Notes: generated by a model not told the origin, from the sequence alone. DNA of 64,000 nt from Parcubacteria group bacterium Gr01-1014_17 (GCA_007376285.1 VMFZ01000004.1:300-64299); one strand, 5' to 3'; counted from the first letter of the stretch, positions 20,720-31,075 are shown. Program-made: numbers and translations.

Positions 20720-21514
20720 ATGGAACCCCAAGCGCAACAGAGTAATTTCTTGACGATTCCGCTCGCGATTGTGGTCGCGGGCATTGTGATTGCAGGCGCA
20801 ATATTTTTTGGCGGGAGAAGCGGCGGCACGGCAACCAACAATCAACCGACAGACACGCAACCTGCGGCAGTTGCAGTTGCGCTTCGAGAAGTAAGTAGCG
20901 GAGACCACATCCGCGGCAATCCTGATGCAAAGATTATGCTCGTTGAATATTCCGACACCGAGTGCCCATTCTGCAAAGCATTTCACGGCACGATGCAAAA
21001 ATTGATGGACGAGTACGGAAAAAACGGCTCGCTTGCGTGGGTGTATCGACACTTCCCACTTGACCAACTCCACCCGGTGAAGGCGCGCAAAGAAGCCGAA
21101 GCAAGTGAGTGTGCCGGGGAGCTCGGCGGCAACATTGCATTCTGGTCGTACATTGACCGCATTTTTGAAATCACACCGTCAAACAACGGACTAGACCTTG
21201 CCGAACTTCCGAAAATCGCTACATTCCTAAAACTTGATGAGAAAAAATTCAATGAGTGCGTTGCAAGTGGAAAGTATGCGGAAAAAATTGAAAAGGATTA
21301 TCAAGATGGCGTCTCCGCTGGCGCATCTGGAACACCATTTAGCGTACTTGTACTGAAAAACGCAATCACTAAAACACAGGAAGCCGCGCTCGCGCCGTTT
21401 ATCGCGCAATTCCGCGGCGGCGTTGCCATTTCTTCCGACAAAACCAAAATCACCCTAAACGGTGCGCTTCCCTATAATGCCGTAAAAATGATTCTTGATG
21501 TGTTGCTTAAATAG
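20720..21514 (+). CDS. DsbA-family thioredoxin-fold oxidoreductase
   Basis: EYSDTECPFC, YRHFPL, GTP. Confidence 0.9.
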   Translation: MEPQAQQSNFLTIPLAIVVAGIVIAGAIFFGGRSGGTATNNQPTDTQPAAVAVALREVSSGDHIRGNPDAKIMLVEYSDTECPFCKAFHGTMQKLMDEYGKNGSLAWVYRHFPLDQLHPVKARKEAEASECAGELGGNIAFWSYIDRIFEITPSNNGLDLAELPKIATFLKLDEKKFNECVASGKYAEKIEKDYQDGVSAGASGTPFSVLVLKNAITKTQEAALAPFIAQFRGGVAISSDKTKITLNGALPYNAVKMILDVLLK

Positions 21515-24428
21515 ACTGGCATAACCGACACCAGTCGCAATCTTTTTTGCTACAGCCGTTTTTGAGAAACGACAAGTTCAAAATTTGCGAGGCGGCTTCT
21601 ATAATTTGCTGTTTGAGCGAGCTCACTTCCCAATCCGATATTTCAAACGCCTCGCGGTGGTAGCGGCCGCTTTTGTCGAGCTTGATAAAATCAATGACGC
21701 CAGTTCTCATATTCCAATTTTTTCCGCCGCTTCGGCGGGTCGCCGATGAGGCGACTTGTATTTCGTCCAAAAGCAATTTGTAGAACACGAGTTGGCGGTA
21801 ATAATTGCCGTCGCTTGCTTTCGTTTTCCCCAAAATCTCGTTCCGCGTCCGCGGCTTCCCTGTTTTATAATCCACCACTGCTACGCTACCGTTCTGCAGC
21901 ATTTCCACTTTGTCCAAACTGCCCGTAAGTTCCAATTTTTCTTTCCCAACGGTGAGAAAAATGCCAGCGACGCGATACTCGTTCCACGAAACGCGCGAAA
22001 ACTGCCGTGAAGAGAGATACCCTTTCAGTTCACGCTTCCCTTCCGCCAAGTACACTTTGAAATCGCGTTCCGAAATATGCGTGCGCCGGAGTGTGTTTTC
22101 AAACACGCGAAATATCTCGGTAAAAGGTTTGTCGGCGTCGCGGGCGCGAGCGGCGAAGTGCGCTGCGAGCGCGGTATGTATCGCCGAACCGTACAGTTCC
22201 GCGCCAGATTGCGCGCGCGGGACGCGTACGAGGTTCAAGAAAAAATATTTGAGCGGACATTCCAAAAAATTATTGAGGTGCGTTACGGCAAAGCCTTGTC
22301 CCAAAAACAAGGCGTTCATGTATTTTCTTTCTTTTAAACATCCCCCGCCCTTCGGGCACCCCCTTCCAAGGGGGATTGCAGAAATCTCACCTTGAGGGGA
22401 GTACCCGAGCGGAGCGAGTGGGAGGGATGTAATTCGTGTATGTTCCCGCGCCGCCTCCTCCATCTCAAAAATAAAACGGCTGGGCAGAACAGCGCGGCCA
22501 TCGGTATTTTTCGCATGCCAACTCACCGATACTTCTTTGCGCGCGCGTGTTAGCGCGACATAAAATAAACGCCGCTCGTCGTGCGTATCGTTTTCCGCAT
22601 CATCATCCACATATATAGGAAGCTCAAAAAGCGCGCGGCTACGCTTCCCGCCCCATTTGCCGTCTTGCGCGAAAGCGATAAACACATAATCAAACTCCAA
22701 CCCTTTTGCTTTGTGCGCCGTACATACTAAAACGCCGTCGGGCGCTTCCACCGAGGAAACAATACCGATACCGTGCGCCTCCGCCCGTTCCAAGCGCGCG
22801 AGAAAGTCCGCGAGCTTCGCGCGCTTATCGCGCTCAGCGAGGCGCTTCGCGCTTTCAAGAAACGCCGCGTAATGCGCGAGCGCTTCTGGCGCGTCAGGCC
22901 TGCCGAGCGCGATTTCCAAAAATCCGGACTCGTGCGCAATGCGTTCAAAGCCCTCCATGAGGGGTTCATTGTGCGCAATCGTCTGCCATGCAAAAAGCTT
23001 TTTCTGAAATGCGGCGAGTTCTTTTCCGTATTTTACGATACGGAGAATGAGCAGGCCTCCTTCACGCACGCGCACCGCTTCCATTACAGAAAGCAATGGC
23101 AATTTCAGAAAGTCATAAAACAAAACCGGTGCCAGAGACGCATCATCGGCTGGATTCAAAATCGCGACAAACAATTTGCGTAGCGCGTCAATGCGCACCG
23201 ACTGGAGCGCATCCGCATTCCCCCGCCGCGCCGCGGGAATGCCGCGCGCGTGGAGTGCTTGCTCCACCTTCTCTGCATCTTTGTTCTCACGCGCAAGCAC
23301 CGCAATCTCTCGCGGCACGACACCATTTTTAATCAACGCTTCAATCCTACCTATAATCCACGCGAGTTCGCTCGCTTCACTCTGCGCTTCAACGACGCGA
23401 ATGGCGAGTGGCGCGTGCCCTGCACGCGCCGCGAGTCTCTGGTGAACATTCCCATCTCCCGCCGCGAATTTTTCCATAAGCGAATGTGCTGCAGAAAGCA
23501 CCAGCGGCTGTGAGCGATAATTGTCGGTAAGCGCAATCGCGCGCGCGCTTGGAAATCGCTTTTTGAAATACAGAAAGTTTTCGAGCGACGCACCCTGAAA
23601 ACGGAAAATGGCTTGCTTCTCGTCGCCAACGATAAAGAGGTTCGGTGAAGGGTCGTAATCGCATAAAAGTTCCAGTAAGCGGTTCTGGCTCCGGTTCGCA
23701 TCTTGGTGTTCATCTGCAAGTACATATTGATGCTCCTCTTGCAAACGCAATTTGAAATTGGGAGATTGCTCAAGCGCGCGGACAGCTTCTATTATCATAT
23801 CTTCAAAATCGTACAGGCGGCGCTTCACGAGTTCTTTTTCGTACGCGCTGTAGAGTGTCGCGAACTCGCGGCTTCGTTTCCACTTATCGCTTTTTGTATC
23901 AGCACTTCGCGTCAAAAGTTTTAGAAACTCCACAGGAGAGACATTTTCGCGCTTCAATTGTTTAATCGCGTCAATCACAGGCAGAACATAGTAAGCAGGA
24001 GAATTTTTCGGACGCAAAAGTAAAGAGCGTATGCGGTTAATTAAGGTCTCTATAATACGCACCTGTTCCAAATCCTCCATATGTTCAGCGCCTACGATGC
24101 GCGAGAATTCTTCCGGATAGCGCTTAATCAAATCATTCGCAAAACTGTGGAAGGTGTGTATCCGAACTTCGTATGCCCGCGGGCCGATGATTTCCAAAAG
24201 CTTCGTGCGCATCGCCTTCACTCCCGCTTCAGTAAATGTGAGCGCCAAAATCGCGTCCGCAGGCGTGTCGGTCTGTCGTAGAATGTTCGCAATGCGGAGC
24301 GTTAGAATTGAGGTCTTGCCAGTCCCAGGACCTGCAACGACCACCACTGGCCCGTCAATTGCATCTACCGCCTCGCGTTGTGCTCGGTTGAGTTTTTTAT
24401 AGAGGTCGTTAAATATCGTGTCGATCAT
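21507..24428 (-). CDS. UvrD/REP helicase fused to PD-(D/E)xK nuclease
   Basis: AGPGTGKT, DEHQD, VGDEKQAIF, NYRS, HKAKGLEFD, YVALTRA; C-terminal DYKTG and CDWC. Confidence 0.92.
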   Translation of the reverse strand: MIDTIFNDLYKKLNRAQREAVDAIDGPVVVVAGPGTGKTSILTLRIANILRQTDTPADAILALTFTEAGVKAMRTKLLEIIGPRAYEVRIHTFHSFANDLIKRYPEEFSRIVGAEHMEDLEQVRIIETLINRIRSLLLRPKNSPAYYVLPVIDAIKQLKRENVSPVEFLKLLTRSADTKSDKWKRSREFATLYSAYEKELVKRRLYDFEDMIIEAVRALEQSPNFKLRLQEEHQYVLADEHQDANRSQNRLLELLCDYDPSPNLFIVGDEKQAIFRFQGASLENFLYFKKRFPSARAIALTDNYRSQPLVLSAAHSLMEKFAAGDGNVHQRLAARAGHAPLAIRVVEAQSEASELAWIIGRIEALIKNGVVPREIAVLARENKDAEKVEQALHARGIPAARRGNADALQSVRIDALRKLFVAILNPADDASLAPVLFYDFLKLPLLSVMEAVRVREGGLLILRIVKYGKELAAFQKKLFAWQTIAHNEPLMEGFERIAHESGFLEIALGRPDAPEALAHYAAFLESAKRLAERDKRAKLADFLARLERAEAHGIGIVSSVEAPDGVLVCTAHKAKGLEFDYVFIAFAQDGKWGGKRSRALFELPIYVDDDAENDTHDERRLFYVALTRARKEVSVSWHAKNTDGRAVLPSRFIFEMEEAAREHTRITSLPLAPLGYSPQGEISAIPLGRGCPKGGGCLKERKYMNALFLGQGFAVTHLNNFLECPLKYFFLNLVRVPRAQSGAELYGSAIHTALAAHFAARARDADKPFTEIFRVFENTLRRTHISERDFKVYLAEGKRELKGYLSSRQFSRVSWNEYRVAGIFLTVGKEKLELTGSLDKVEMLQNGSVAVVDYKTGKPRTRNEILGKTKASDGNYYRQLVFYKLLLDEIQVASSATRRSGGKNWNMRTGVIDFIKLDKSGRYHREAFEISDWEVSSLKQQIIEAASQILNLSFLKNGCSKKDCDWCRLCQSI

Positions 24429-24456
24429 TGGGGTAGTATACGCGCTTTTTTCCCAC

Positions 24457-24491
24457 GACACCCGATGTCTGCAATTTAGACATCAGGTGTC
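24457..24491. repeat. Dispersed inverted repeat CACCAGATGTCT-GCAATTT-AGACATCTGGTG (first copy)
   Basis: Further copies at ~24626, 25995, 26431, 30838, 33229, 44335, 54830; variants at 38694 and 39905. Confidence 0.92.
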
Positions 24492-24879
24492 GTTGGTACA
24501 AGTATTTTGCAAAATACTGAAATACACTATCTCTGGCGACCGCTAGAGATAATGTAGGTATTCGTCTAACTATTCCAATTAACTGCTATAGCAAGTAGTT
24601 GGAATAGTGACAAAAATCACGGAGGCACCAAATATCTAAATTGAAGACATCTGGCACGAAAGAAAAAGCGGAGGAATGTGCTTTTGCTGAACGGCGAGGA
24701 GCCGAGCGGGCATGGCTTCCGAGTCTGCGAGGAAGAGCGAGGCGAGCGGATAAGGAAAATTTCCTCGCAGGGGAAATAAATGCCTGTCCCCGCCTCATCG
24801 GCGGAGGCGCTATGCATAATCCCCTCCACTACGGTCGGGGTGAAAAGGCAATTATTAGTAATTTTCTACATTTAATTTT

Positions 24880-25989
24880 GTGATTGAAAAAGCAACGGCT
24901 TCAGTGAAGATTAAGAAAGAAGCTAAAAAAGAAAAGGAATCTCCTCACGCAAAAACTCTTGCCGGAATTAAAAACCCTCCGAAAGTAGGAGATCTTGCCG
25001 AGGGCACGGTTATTGCGAATGCGCGCGGTCGCGTCTACATAGACCTGCCGCCTTTTGGCACTGGTGTTATTTATGGCAGAGAATATCTTGCAGCGCGCGA
25101 GATCCTTAAAAAGGTTTCTATCGGGGACTCCGTAACTGCGAAGGTCGTAGAAACAGACAGTAAGCACGGCTACATTGAGCTCTCGCTCAAAGAAGCACGG
25201 CAAGCGATGCTCTGGAGCGAAGCCGAAGCCGCGGCGCGCGAACGCAAACCCTTTGACATTACTGTGAACGAAGCGAACAAGGGCGGCCTCATTATGGAAT
25301 GGCAAGGCATCCAAGGATTCCTCCCCGCCTCCCAGCTCGGAGCCGCCCATTATCCGCGCGTGGAAGACGGCGACAAAGACAAAATTTTGGATGAGCTCAA
25401 AAAACTCGTGGGGCAAAAGCTCACCGTTGCGGTCATCTCCGTGCTTCCCAAAGAAGGTAAGCTTATTTTCTCGGAGAAAGCGCTCACGGAAAAAGACCGC
25501 GCGCAAATGGTCGGCAAGTACAGTATCGGCGATGAGATGGACGGCGCGATTACCGGCGCTGTGGACTTCGGCGTGTTTGTAAAAATTGAGGACGGACTGG
25601 AAGGACTCGTGCATATTTCCGAAATGGATTGGGCACTCGTGGAGAACCCGCGCCTACGCTACAAAACCGGCGATGCGGTGAAGGTGAAGATTATAGACAT
25701 CAAAGACGGTAAAGTGTCGCTCTCTATCAAGGCCTTGAAACCAAACCCATGGATGGATGCGGAGAAGCGTTTCAAGAAAGGCGACCGCGTGCAGGGTGTC
25801 GTCATCAAATACAACAAGTACGGCGCGCTTGCTTCTATTGAAGAAGGAGTCGCTGGACTCGTGCATATCTCGGAGTTTGGCGGAGACGAAACCAAACTTC
25901 GCAATTCGCTTGAACTCGGCAAATCATACACCTTCACCATCACCCTCTTTGAACCCAAAGAACAACGAATGACGCTGTCGTATAAATAA
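24880..25989 (+). CDS. rpsA: 30S ribosomal protein S1
   Basis: Four S1 repeats (GFLPASQ, EGLVHISE, AGLVHISE). Confidence 0.9.
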   Translation: MIEKATASVKIKKEAKKEKESPHAKTLAGIKNPPKVGDLAEGTVIANARGRVYIDLPPFGTGVIYGREYLAAREILKKVSIGDSVTAKVVETDSKHGYIELSLKEARQAMLWSEAEAAARERKPFDITVNEANKGGLIMEWQGIQGFLPASQLGAAHYPRVEDGDKDKILDELKKLVGQKLTVAVISVLPKEGKLIFSEKALTEKDRAQMVGKYSIGDEMDGAITGAVDFGVFVKIEDGLEGLVHISEMDWALVENPRLRYKTGDAVKVKIIDIKDGKVSLSIKALKPNPWMDAEKRFKKGDRVQGVVIKYNKYGALASIEEGVAGLVHISEFGGDETKLRNSLELGKSYTFTITLFEPKEQRMTLSYK

Positions 25990-26075
25990 TAGTGGACACC
26001 AGATGTCTGCAATTTAGACATCTGGTGTCTTTTGCTGTATAGTCAATATCGGAATAGTAAAACGAAAGGACGGTT

Positions 26076-26411
26076 ATGGCCCATATAAGTGAATGTATCT
26101 ACTGCGGACAAGCAATAATAAACGCCGAATGGCACCCGGAGTGTCGGCTCGCACATTTTGAAGACCTGATCGCGCGGATTCAAATACATTTGAGAGGCTC
26201 ACCTGTACAACCGCTTCCATCTGACCTGCAAGAAGAAATCAGAACAGAGCCCGCGAGAACATTCGCGGTGTTTGAAAAAATGCGCCAGCAACGGGAAGAT
26301 AAAACATATAGAAAAGAACGTTGGAAATCGGCACGAGAAGAGCATCTCCGAAAATGCGCTGACCAGTGGGAAAACAAACACCCGGACCCAAACCCAATTG
26401 TTTACGGATAA
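26076..26411 (+). CDS. Hypothetical protein with CxxC..HxxC motif
   Basis: CIYC..WHPEC; SD-like GAAAGGA upstream. Confidence 0.55.
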   Translation: MAHISECIYCGQAIINAEWHPECRLAHFEDLIARIQIHLRGSPVQPLPSDLQEEIRTEPARTFAVFEKMRQQREDKTYRKERWKSAREEHLRKCADQWENKHPDPNPIVYG

Positions 26412-26474
26412 TTTATCCGCCAAACCAAACACACCCGATGTCTAAATTGCAGACATCGGGTGTTAATTATATTG

Positions 26475-26990
26475 CTAATTAAATTGACTCATTGCTTTTT
26501 CACGGCCGTCGGAAATGATGAACGCAACTGCTTCGTCTATTTTTTTGTGCATCTTTTTGAGTTCGGAAAGCTCCGAGGGTTTGAATTTTCCTAGAATGTG
26601 GTGTTCTACCGCTTCCTCTCCTTTTGGTTTCTTAAGTTTTCCGCTCGGGGTCATCGGAGAAATACCGATGCGAATGCGTACAAACGCCTGGGTCTTAATT
26701 GCTTTTACAATTGACTCCACCCCCCGATGCCCACCCGCGCTTTTGTTGAAAGAAATCTTAAATTTTCCAAACGGCAAGTCCAAGTCGTCGTGAATGACGA
26801 TAAGCTGCTCCGCTTGTTTTGCGCTTTTTATAAGCGGCTTCACCGCATCGCCCGATTTATTCATAAAAGTATCAGGGGTGACGAGTTTTGCGGAGATATC
26901 TTTGAGTGTGGCGACCGCCGCGCGCCCCGCGTTGTGGCGCGTGTTTTCATATTCCGCCCCCGGATTTCCTAAACCGACAATAGTATACAT
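26475..26990 (-). CDS. pth: Peptidyl-tRNA hydrolase
   Basis: IVGLGNPG..Y..TRHNAG, HDDLD, GGHRG, RIRIGI. Confidence 0.95.
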   Translation of the reverse strand: MYTIVGLGNPGAEYENTRHNAGRAAVATLKDISAKLVTPDTFMNKSGDAVKPLIKSAKQAEQLIVIHDDLDLPFGKFKISFNKSAGGHRGVESIVKAIKTQAFVRIRIGISPMTPSGKLKKPKGEEAVEHHILGKFKPSELSELKKMHKKIDEAVAFIISDGREKAMSQFN

Positions 26991-27108
26991 ATAAATGTAT
27001 TTCTACCACACTCTTTGCCTGCGCGCCACACCTTTTTTCTCGCCTCTTCGGCGAGTCGTCGATGAGACGACTTGCTACGCGCGCGTGGCGCGATATAATA
27101 GAGAGCAT

Positions 27109-27606
27109 ATGGCGAAGAATTTTTCAGAACTCCTTCGTTTTGCTCTCATTGCCGCCGTAATTGTCATTCCATTTCGCCTCCTAGTTGCCCAACCGTTTCT
27201 CGTGTCCGGCAACTCAATGTTCCCGACCTTCAAAAACAACGACTATCTGATTGTAGACGAACTCACCTACCGATTCCGTGCTCCATTGCACGGCGATGTA
27301 GTTGTCTTTCGCTCGCCCGTTGAACCGAGCAAGTATCTTATCAAAAGAATAATCGGAACCCCGGGCGAGACGATTCGATTTGCGCCTCCAAACGGGCTAT
27401 TCGGGAACAGCGGCTTTTCTTCTGATGTGACCCTGAAAGACGGCGAATACTTTGTTGAAGGCGACAATCGCGCCGAGAGCTTTGACTCGCGCTACTGGGG
27501 AGTTCTCCCGCGCGCGAATATAAAAGGAAGGGCGTTTGTGCGCCTCTGGCCGCTGACAAAAATACAATTCTTGCCGGGCGCGACCACGACCACGCTCGTT
27601 CCTTAA
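27109..27606 (+). CDS. lepB: Signal peptidase I
   Basis: SGNSMFPT, YLIKRIIG, GDNR..SFDSRYWG. Confidence 0.94.
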   Translation: MAKNFSELLRFALIAAVIVIPFRLLVAQPFLVSGNSMFPTFKNNDYLIVDELTYRFRAPLHGDVVVFRSPVEPSKYLIKRIIGTPGETIRFAPPNGLFGNSGFSSDVTLKDGEYFVEGDNRAESFDSRYWGVLPRANIKGRAFVRLWPLTKIQFLPGATTTTLVP

Positions 27607-27620
27607 TAACTATTATCTCT

Positions 27621-28796
27621 ATGCACCCAATCGCCCTACCGCCGCCAATTTCGCAATCCGCAACGCGCGCTCCGCGCGCGCTGTCGCGCGCCGCAGGCGT
27701 CGCGCTTCATTATGGCTTCATCCCGACCGAAGCGCTCCGCATTTCCAGAGAGGACCGTGAGAAAGCGCGCGCGCTTATGGAAGAGCCGCACGCGCCGCTC
27801 ACGCCCGCGTACGCGGAAGAAAAAGTTGCGCTCGTTAGATTGTACGACGATGAAAAGATGGACCGCTTGCACCAACCGGCGATGTTTTACCGCGAAGAGC
27901 GCGATAATGCGCGCGGTATGCTCACCGTACACTTGGATGTACTCGGAAGCGCAAAAAGCGTGGTGGAAGCGCTCCTCATTAAAACTACGGTAGAGACCTT
28001 GCGCGAAGCCGGCGTTTCGCGCGCGATGCTCCGAATCAATTCCGTGGGCGACCGTGAGTCGCTTGGAAAATTTATCCGCGAGCTTCAGGGCTTTTACCGC
28101 AAGAAAATTGCCGAACTGCACGCGCCATGCCGCCAAGCGCTCAAAGAAAACATCTTTGCGGCGCTTCTGTGTGAACACGAACACTGCGCCGCGTTCAGAA
28201 GCGATGCGCCGCGCGCGATTGGATTTCTTTCTGAACCAGCGCGCGTGCATTTCAAAGAGGTGTTGGAATACCTGGAACGGATGGAAATCACATACGAACT
28301 GCACGAGCACCTGTTGGGACCAGCCGGTGTCTGTTCGCAGACGGTTTTTGATGTACGCGACGAGAGCGGCGCCCTGCTCGCATCGGGCTTCCGCTATAAC
28401 CACCTTGCCCGCCGACTTGGCGGGCGGCGCGAGGTGCCGGCGCTCGGCGCAACGCTTTTTCTTTCCGGACACACTGTGTTGGCGCGGGCAAAGCGCTTCG
28501 TGCCTATATGCCCGCAAGTGTATTTCATCCAACTTGGACGGGAAGCTAAACTGCGCAGTTTGCACATCATTGAAATGCTACGGCGTGCCGCTGTACCTCT
28601 CGCGCAATCAATCGCACACGACAAACTCTCGGTGCAAATCGCACACGCCGAATCCTTACATATACCCTTTATCGTCATTATGGGGCAAAAAGAAGCGACT
28701 GATGACACTGCGCTCGTGCGCGACCGCGAACGAAGCTTCCAAGAGACATTGCCGATTCCGAAGCTCGCGGTATTTCTCAAACGCTTGCTCGCATAA
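27621..28796 (+). CDS. Degenerate histidyl-tRNA synthetase-like protein
   Basis: LRINSVGD, HFKEVLEYL, C-terminal HGTP anticodon-binding-like domain; canonical catalytic motifs not seen. Confidence 0.7.
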   Translation: MHPIALPPPISQSATRAPRALSRAAGVALHYGFIPTEALRISREDREKARALMEEPHAPLTPAYAEEKVALVRLYDDEKMDRLHQPAMFYREERDNARGMLTVHLDVLGSAKSVVEALLIKTTVETLREAGVSRAMLRINSVGDRESLGKFIRELQGFYRKKIAELHAPCRQALKENIFAALLCEHEHCAAFRSDAPRAIGFLSEPARVHFKEVLEYLERMEITYELHEHLLGPAGVCSQTVFDVRDESGALLASGFRYNHLARRLGGRREVPALGATLFLSGHTVLARAKRFVPICPQVYFIQLGREAKLRSLHIIEMLRRAAVPLAQSIAHDKLSVQIAHAESLHIPFIVIMGQKEATDDTALVRDRERSFQETLPIPKLAVFLKRLLA

Positions 28797-28824
28797 CAAA
28801 AAGATGATATCTTGATTGCTCTAT

Positions 28825-29082
28825 ATGATGACAAATGCAGAGGTATCGCGAAGCGACGATGAAAATAATATAAGCATCTTGCGCCGCTTTACTAAGCGCG
28901 TGCAGGGTTCGGGCGTCTTGAATCGTGTCCGCTCCATACGGTTTTTTGAGCGCACACCGTCAAAATACAAGCGCAAAGCGCATGCGCTGAAGCGCATCGT
29001 ACGCCGTGACGCGTTTCAAGAGCTTGCGAAACTCGGGAAGGTGAAAGAGGGCGAGTACAAATACAAACGAGGTAAAAAATGA
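28825..29082 (+). CDS. rpsU: Probable ribosomal protein bS21-like
   Basis: ENNISILRRFTKRVQGSGVL..RFFER.PS. Confidence 0.7.
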   Translation: MMTNAEVSRSDDENNISILRRFTKRVQGSGVLNRVRSIRFFERTPSKYKRKAHALKRIVRRDAFQELAKLGKVKEGEYKYKRGKK

Positions 29083-29537
29083 GTGGCGATTTCTTAATCG
29101 TAAATCTCACTAAATGCACGACGCTCGGAACGCGGGCGCGTTTTCTGAATATAAAAAATAAAACGGTAGGTAGAGCGTTCTCCATATCTCTCGTCTTTGC
29201 AGGAGCGGCACAAATGCGCCGCTTGAACCGCGCATACCGCAAAAAATCTTACACGCCGAATGTTCTCTCGTTCCGTCTTGCGAAAAATGAAGGGGAAATC
29301 TTTATATGCCCATATGTTGCCGCGCGCGAAGCCCGCGCAGAAGGGGTTGCGCTCTCGGCACGGGTCGCATACCTCGTTATCCACGGTTTACTCCATTTGA
29401 AAGGATACGCGCATGGCGCTACAATGATTAAGTCAGAGGAGCGGCTGTGCAAATCTTTTAAATTGCCGCAACCTGCACATTCTAAATCGTGGCGCAAAAA
29501 ATCTCCTGCGGAATTGATATCGGCACCGACCGCGTAA
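29079..29537 (+). CDS. ybeY: rRNA maturation factor YbeY
   Basis: LNRAYRKK..PNVLSF, HGLLHLKGYAH. Confidence 0.93.
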   Translation: MSGDFLIVNLTKCTTLGTRARFLNIKNKTVGRAFSISLVFAGAAQMRRLNRAYRKKSYTPNVLSFRLAKNEGEIFICPYVAAREARAEGVALSARVAYLVIHGLLHLKGYAHGATMIKSEERLCKSFKLPQPAHSKSWRKKSPAELISAPTA

Positions 29538-30658
29538 AAGTGCTCATTATGGAGCAGGGCGTTCCTGTGCCGCATGTTTTGGGTTGCGGCTCTGCGGAAA
29601 GCGGAGGCGTACATCAAGGGTACATAGAGCATCCTGAAGAAACCGCGAATGCCGTGCGCGAGGCACTTTCTGTAGCGGCAAAAGCCGCGGGGGTAATGCC
29701 GCGGCGCGCCACAGTCGGAGCTGGTGGCATTGGGCTATCTTCAGTCACCGCAAACGGCGCTATTGTGGTTTCGCGCGCAGATGCTGAAATTACCGAACTT
29801 GACGCAAGCAAAGCAGTTGAGACGAGCCGCATTTCAATTCCGACATCTCTTCTTCAAAATAGGCGCATAATCCATACGACACCGCTCCAATACAAAGTTG
29901 ATGGAAAATCCGTGCCTACCTCCCCAGTCGGTTTTAAGGGCGCGAAGCTTGAAGTGCGTACATTTTTCGTTACCTGCATGGAACAACATCTTGAGAATCT
30001 TTTTGAAGCAGTGGAAACCGCGGGTATTGCCATAGAAGATGTGGTTGCAACACCGCTCGCGGCAAGTACCGCAACAATAACCCGCGCGCAAAAAGCCGCA
30101 GGAGTCGTGCTTGCGAACATCGGCTCAGAAACCGTGTCTATCGCAGTGTTTGAAAACGGATTGCCTGTTTCAATTGAAGTGTTTCCAGTAGGAAGCGTTA
30201 ATGTAACAAACGACATTGCGCTCGGGCTACGCATTCCTTTGGAAGAAGCCGAAAGCGTGAAGCGCGGGGCGATTATCGGCGCTTCGTTTCCGCAGAAAAA
30301 ACTTGATGAGATTATTGCGGCGCGGCTCACAGATATTTTTGAACTGATTGAAGCGCATCTTAAAAAAATGGGGCGAAGCGGTCTTCTCCCCGCAGGGGTC
30401 GTGCTCACCGGCGGCGGCTCGGCGCTTGCAACAATTGATGACCTTGCAAAAGCGGCGCTTAGGTTACCTGCGCGCATTGCGTCTGCAATTACCGGAGAAA
30501 GCGGAAAGAGCCAAATAAAAGACGCGAGTTGGTCCGTTGCCTACGGGCTTGCAGCAATGGGGCTCCAAGACGCGGCGCGCGGGCTTCCTTTGGGCATTGA
30601 AACCGCGCGCCGCGCCAAGCACACAGTGGTGGGGTGGTTTAAGCAATTTTTGCCGTAA
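29489..30658 (+). CDS. ftsA: Cell division protein FtsA
   Basis: GIDIGT, NIGSET, TNDIALGL, GVVLTGGGS; GTG start. Confidence 0.93.
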   Translation: MAQKISCGIDIGTDRVKVLIMEQGVPVPHVLGCGSAESGGVHQGYIEHPEETANAVREALSVAAKAAGVMPRRATVGAGGIGLSSVTANGAIVVSRADAEITELDASKAVETSRISIPTSLLQNRRIIHTTPLQYKVDGKSVPTSPVGFKGAKLEVRTFFVTCMEQHLENLFEAVETAGIAIEDVVATPLAASTATITRAQKAAGVVLANIGSETVSIAVFENGLPVSIEVFPVGSVNVTNDIALGLRIPLEEAESVKRGAIIGASFPQKKLDEIIAARLTDIFELIEAHLKKMGRSGLLPAGVVLTGGGSALATIDDLAKAALRLPARIASAITGESGKSQIKDASWSVAYGLAAMGLQDAARGLPLGIETARRAKHTVVGWFKQFLP

Positions 30659-30663
30659 GAGCC

Positions 30664-30821
30664 GCTCGCATAGCTCCCGTGTCCGAACACGCATACCCGC
30701 CGCCAGCGCGGCGGGTTGCTCTGCTCGGCTCGGCGTTGTCAAGAGCCCTCGCTTCGCTCGGGTCGTTGACAAACCGTGCCGCCTCGCCTCCGCAAGGTCG
30801 CGGACACGGGACTATGCTCGC
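30664..30821. repeat. ~160-bp fold-back repeat, copy 1
   Basis: Terminal arms GCATAGCTCCCGTGTCCG / CGGACACGGGACTATGC; near-identical to 33045-33212. Confidence 0.93.
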
Positions 30822-31029
30822 TTTTGTTTTCATTTCCGGCACCAGATGTCTGCAATTTAGACATCTGGTGCCTCGGGAGACACCCTGCCCGCTCGGCTCC
30901 TCGCCCGCCCGTACCGAATGGTACATTCGGGCGGGCCGTTCCGCAAAAGCACATTCCTCACTCTGTTTTTTTCACCATCTGTACATACAGACATTTTGCA
31001 AAATGTTTGTATAAAACAGGCAAAAGAAA

Positions 31030-31056
31030 ACCCGCGACCGTTTGACGGTCGCGGGT
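31030..31056 (-). terminator. Intrinsic terminator for 31076-31732
   Basis: ACCCGCGACCG hairpin followed by T-run on minus strand. Confidence 0.75.
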
Positions 31057-31075
31057 AGGATTGAATGTGAAGAAA

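Noticed and set aside
30639-31045. ORFs over the repeat regions (shared peptide MSKLQTSG / CLQFRHLV)
   Set aside because: Translations of the dispersed DNA repeat, not genes
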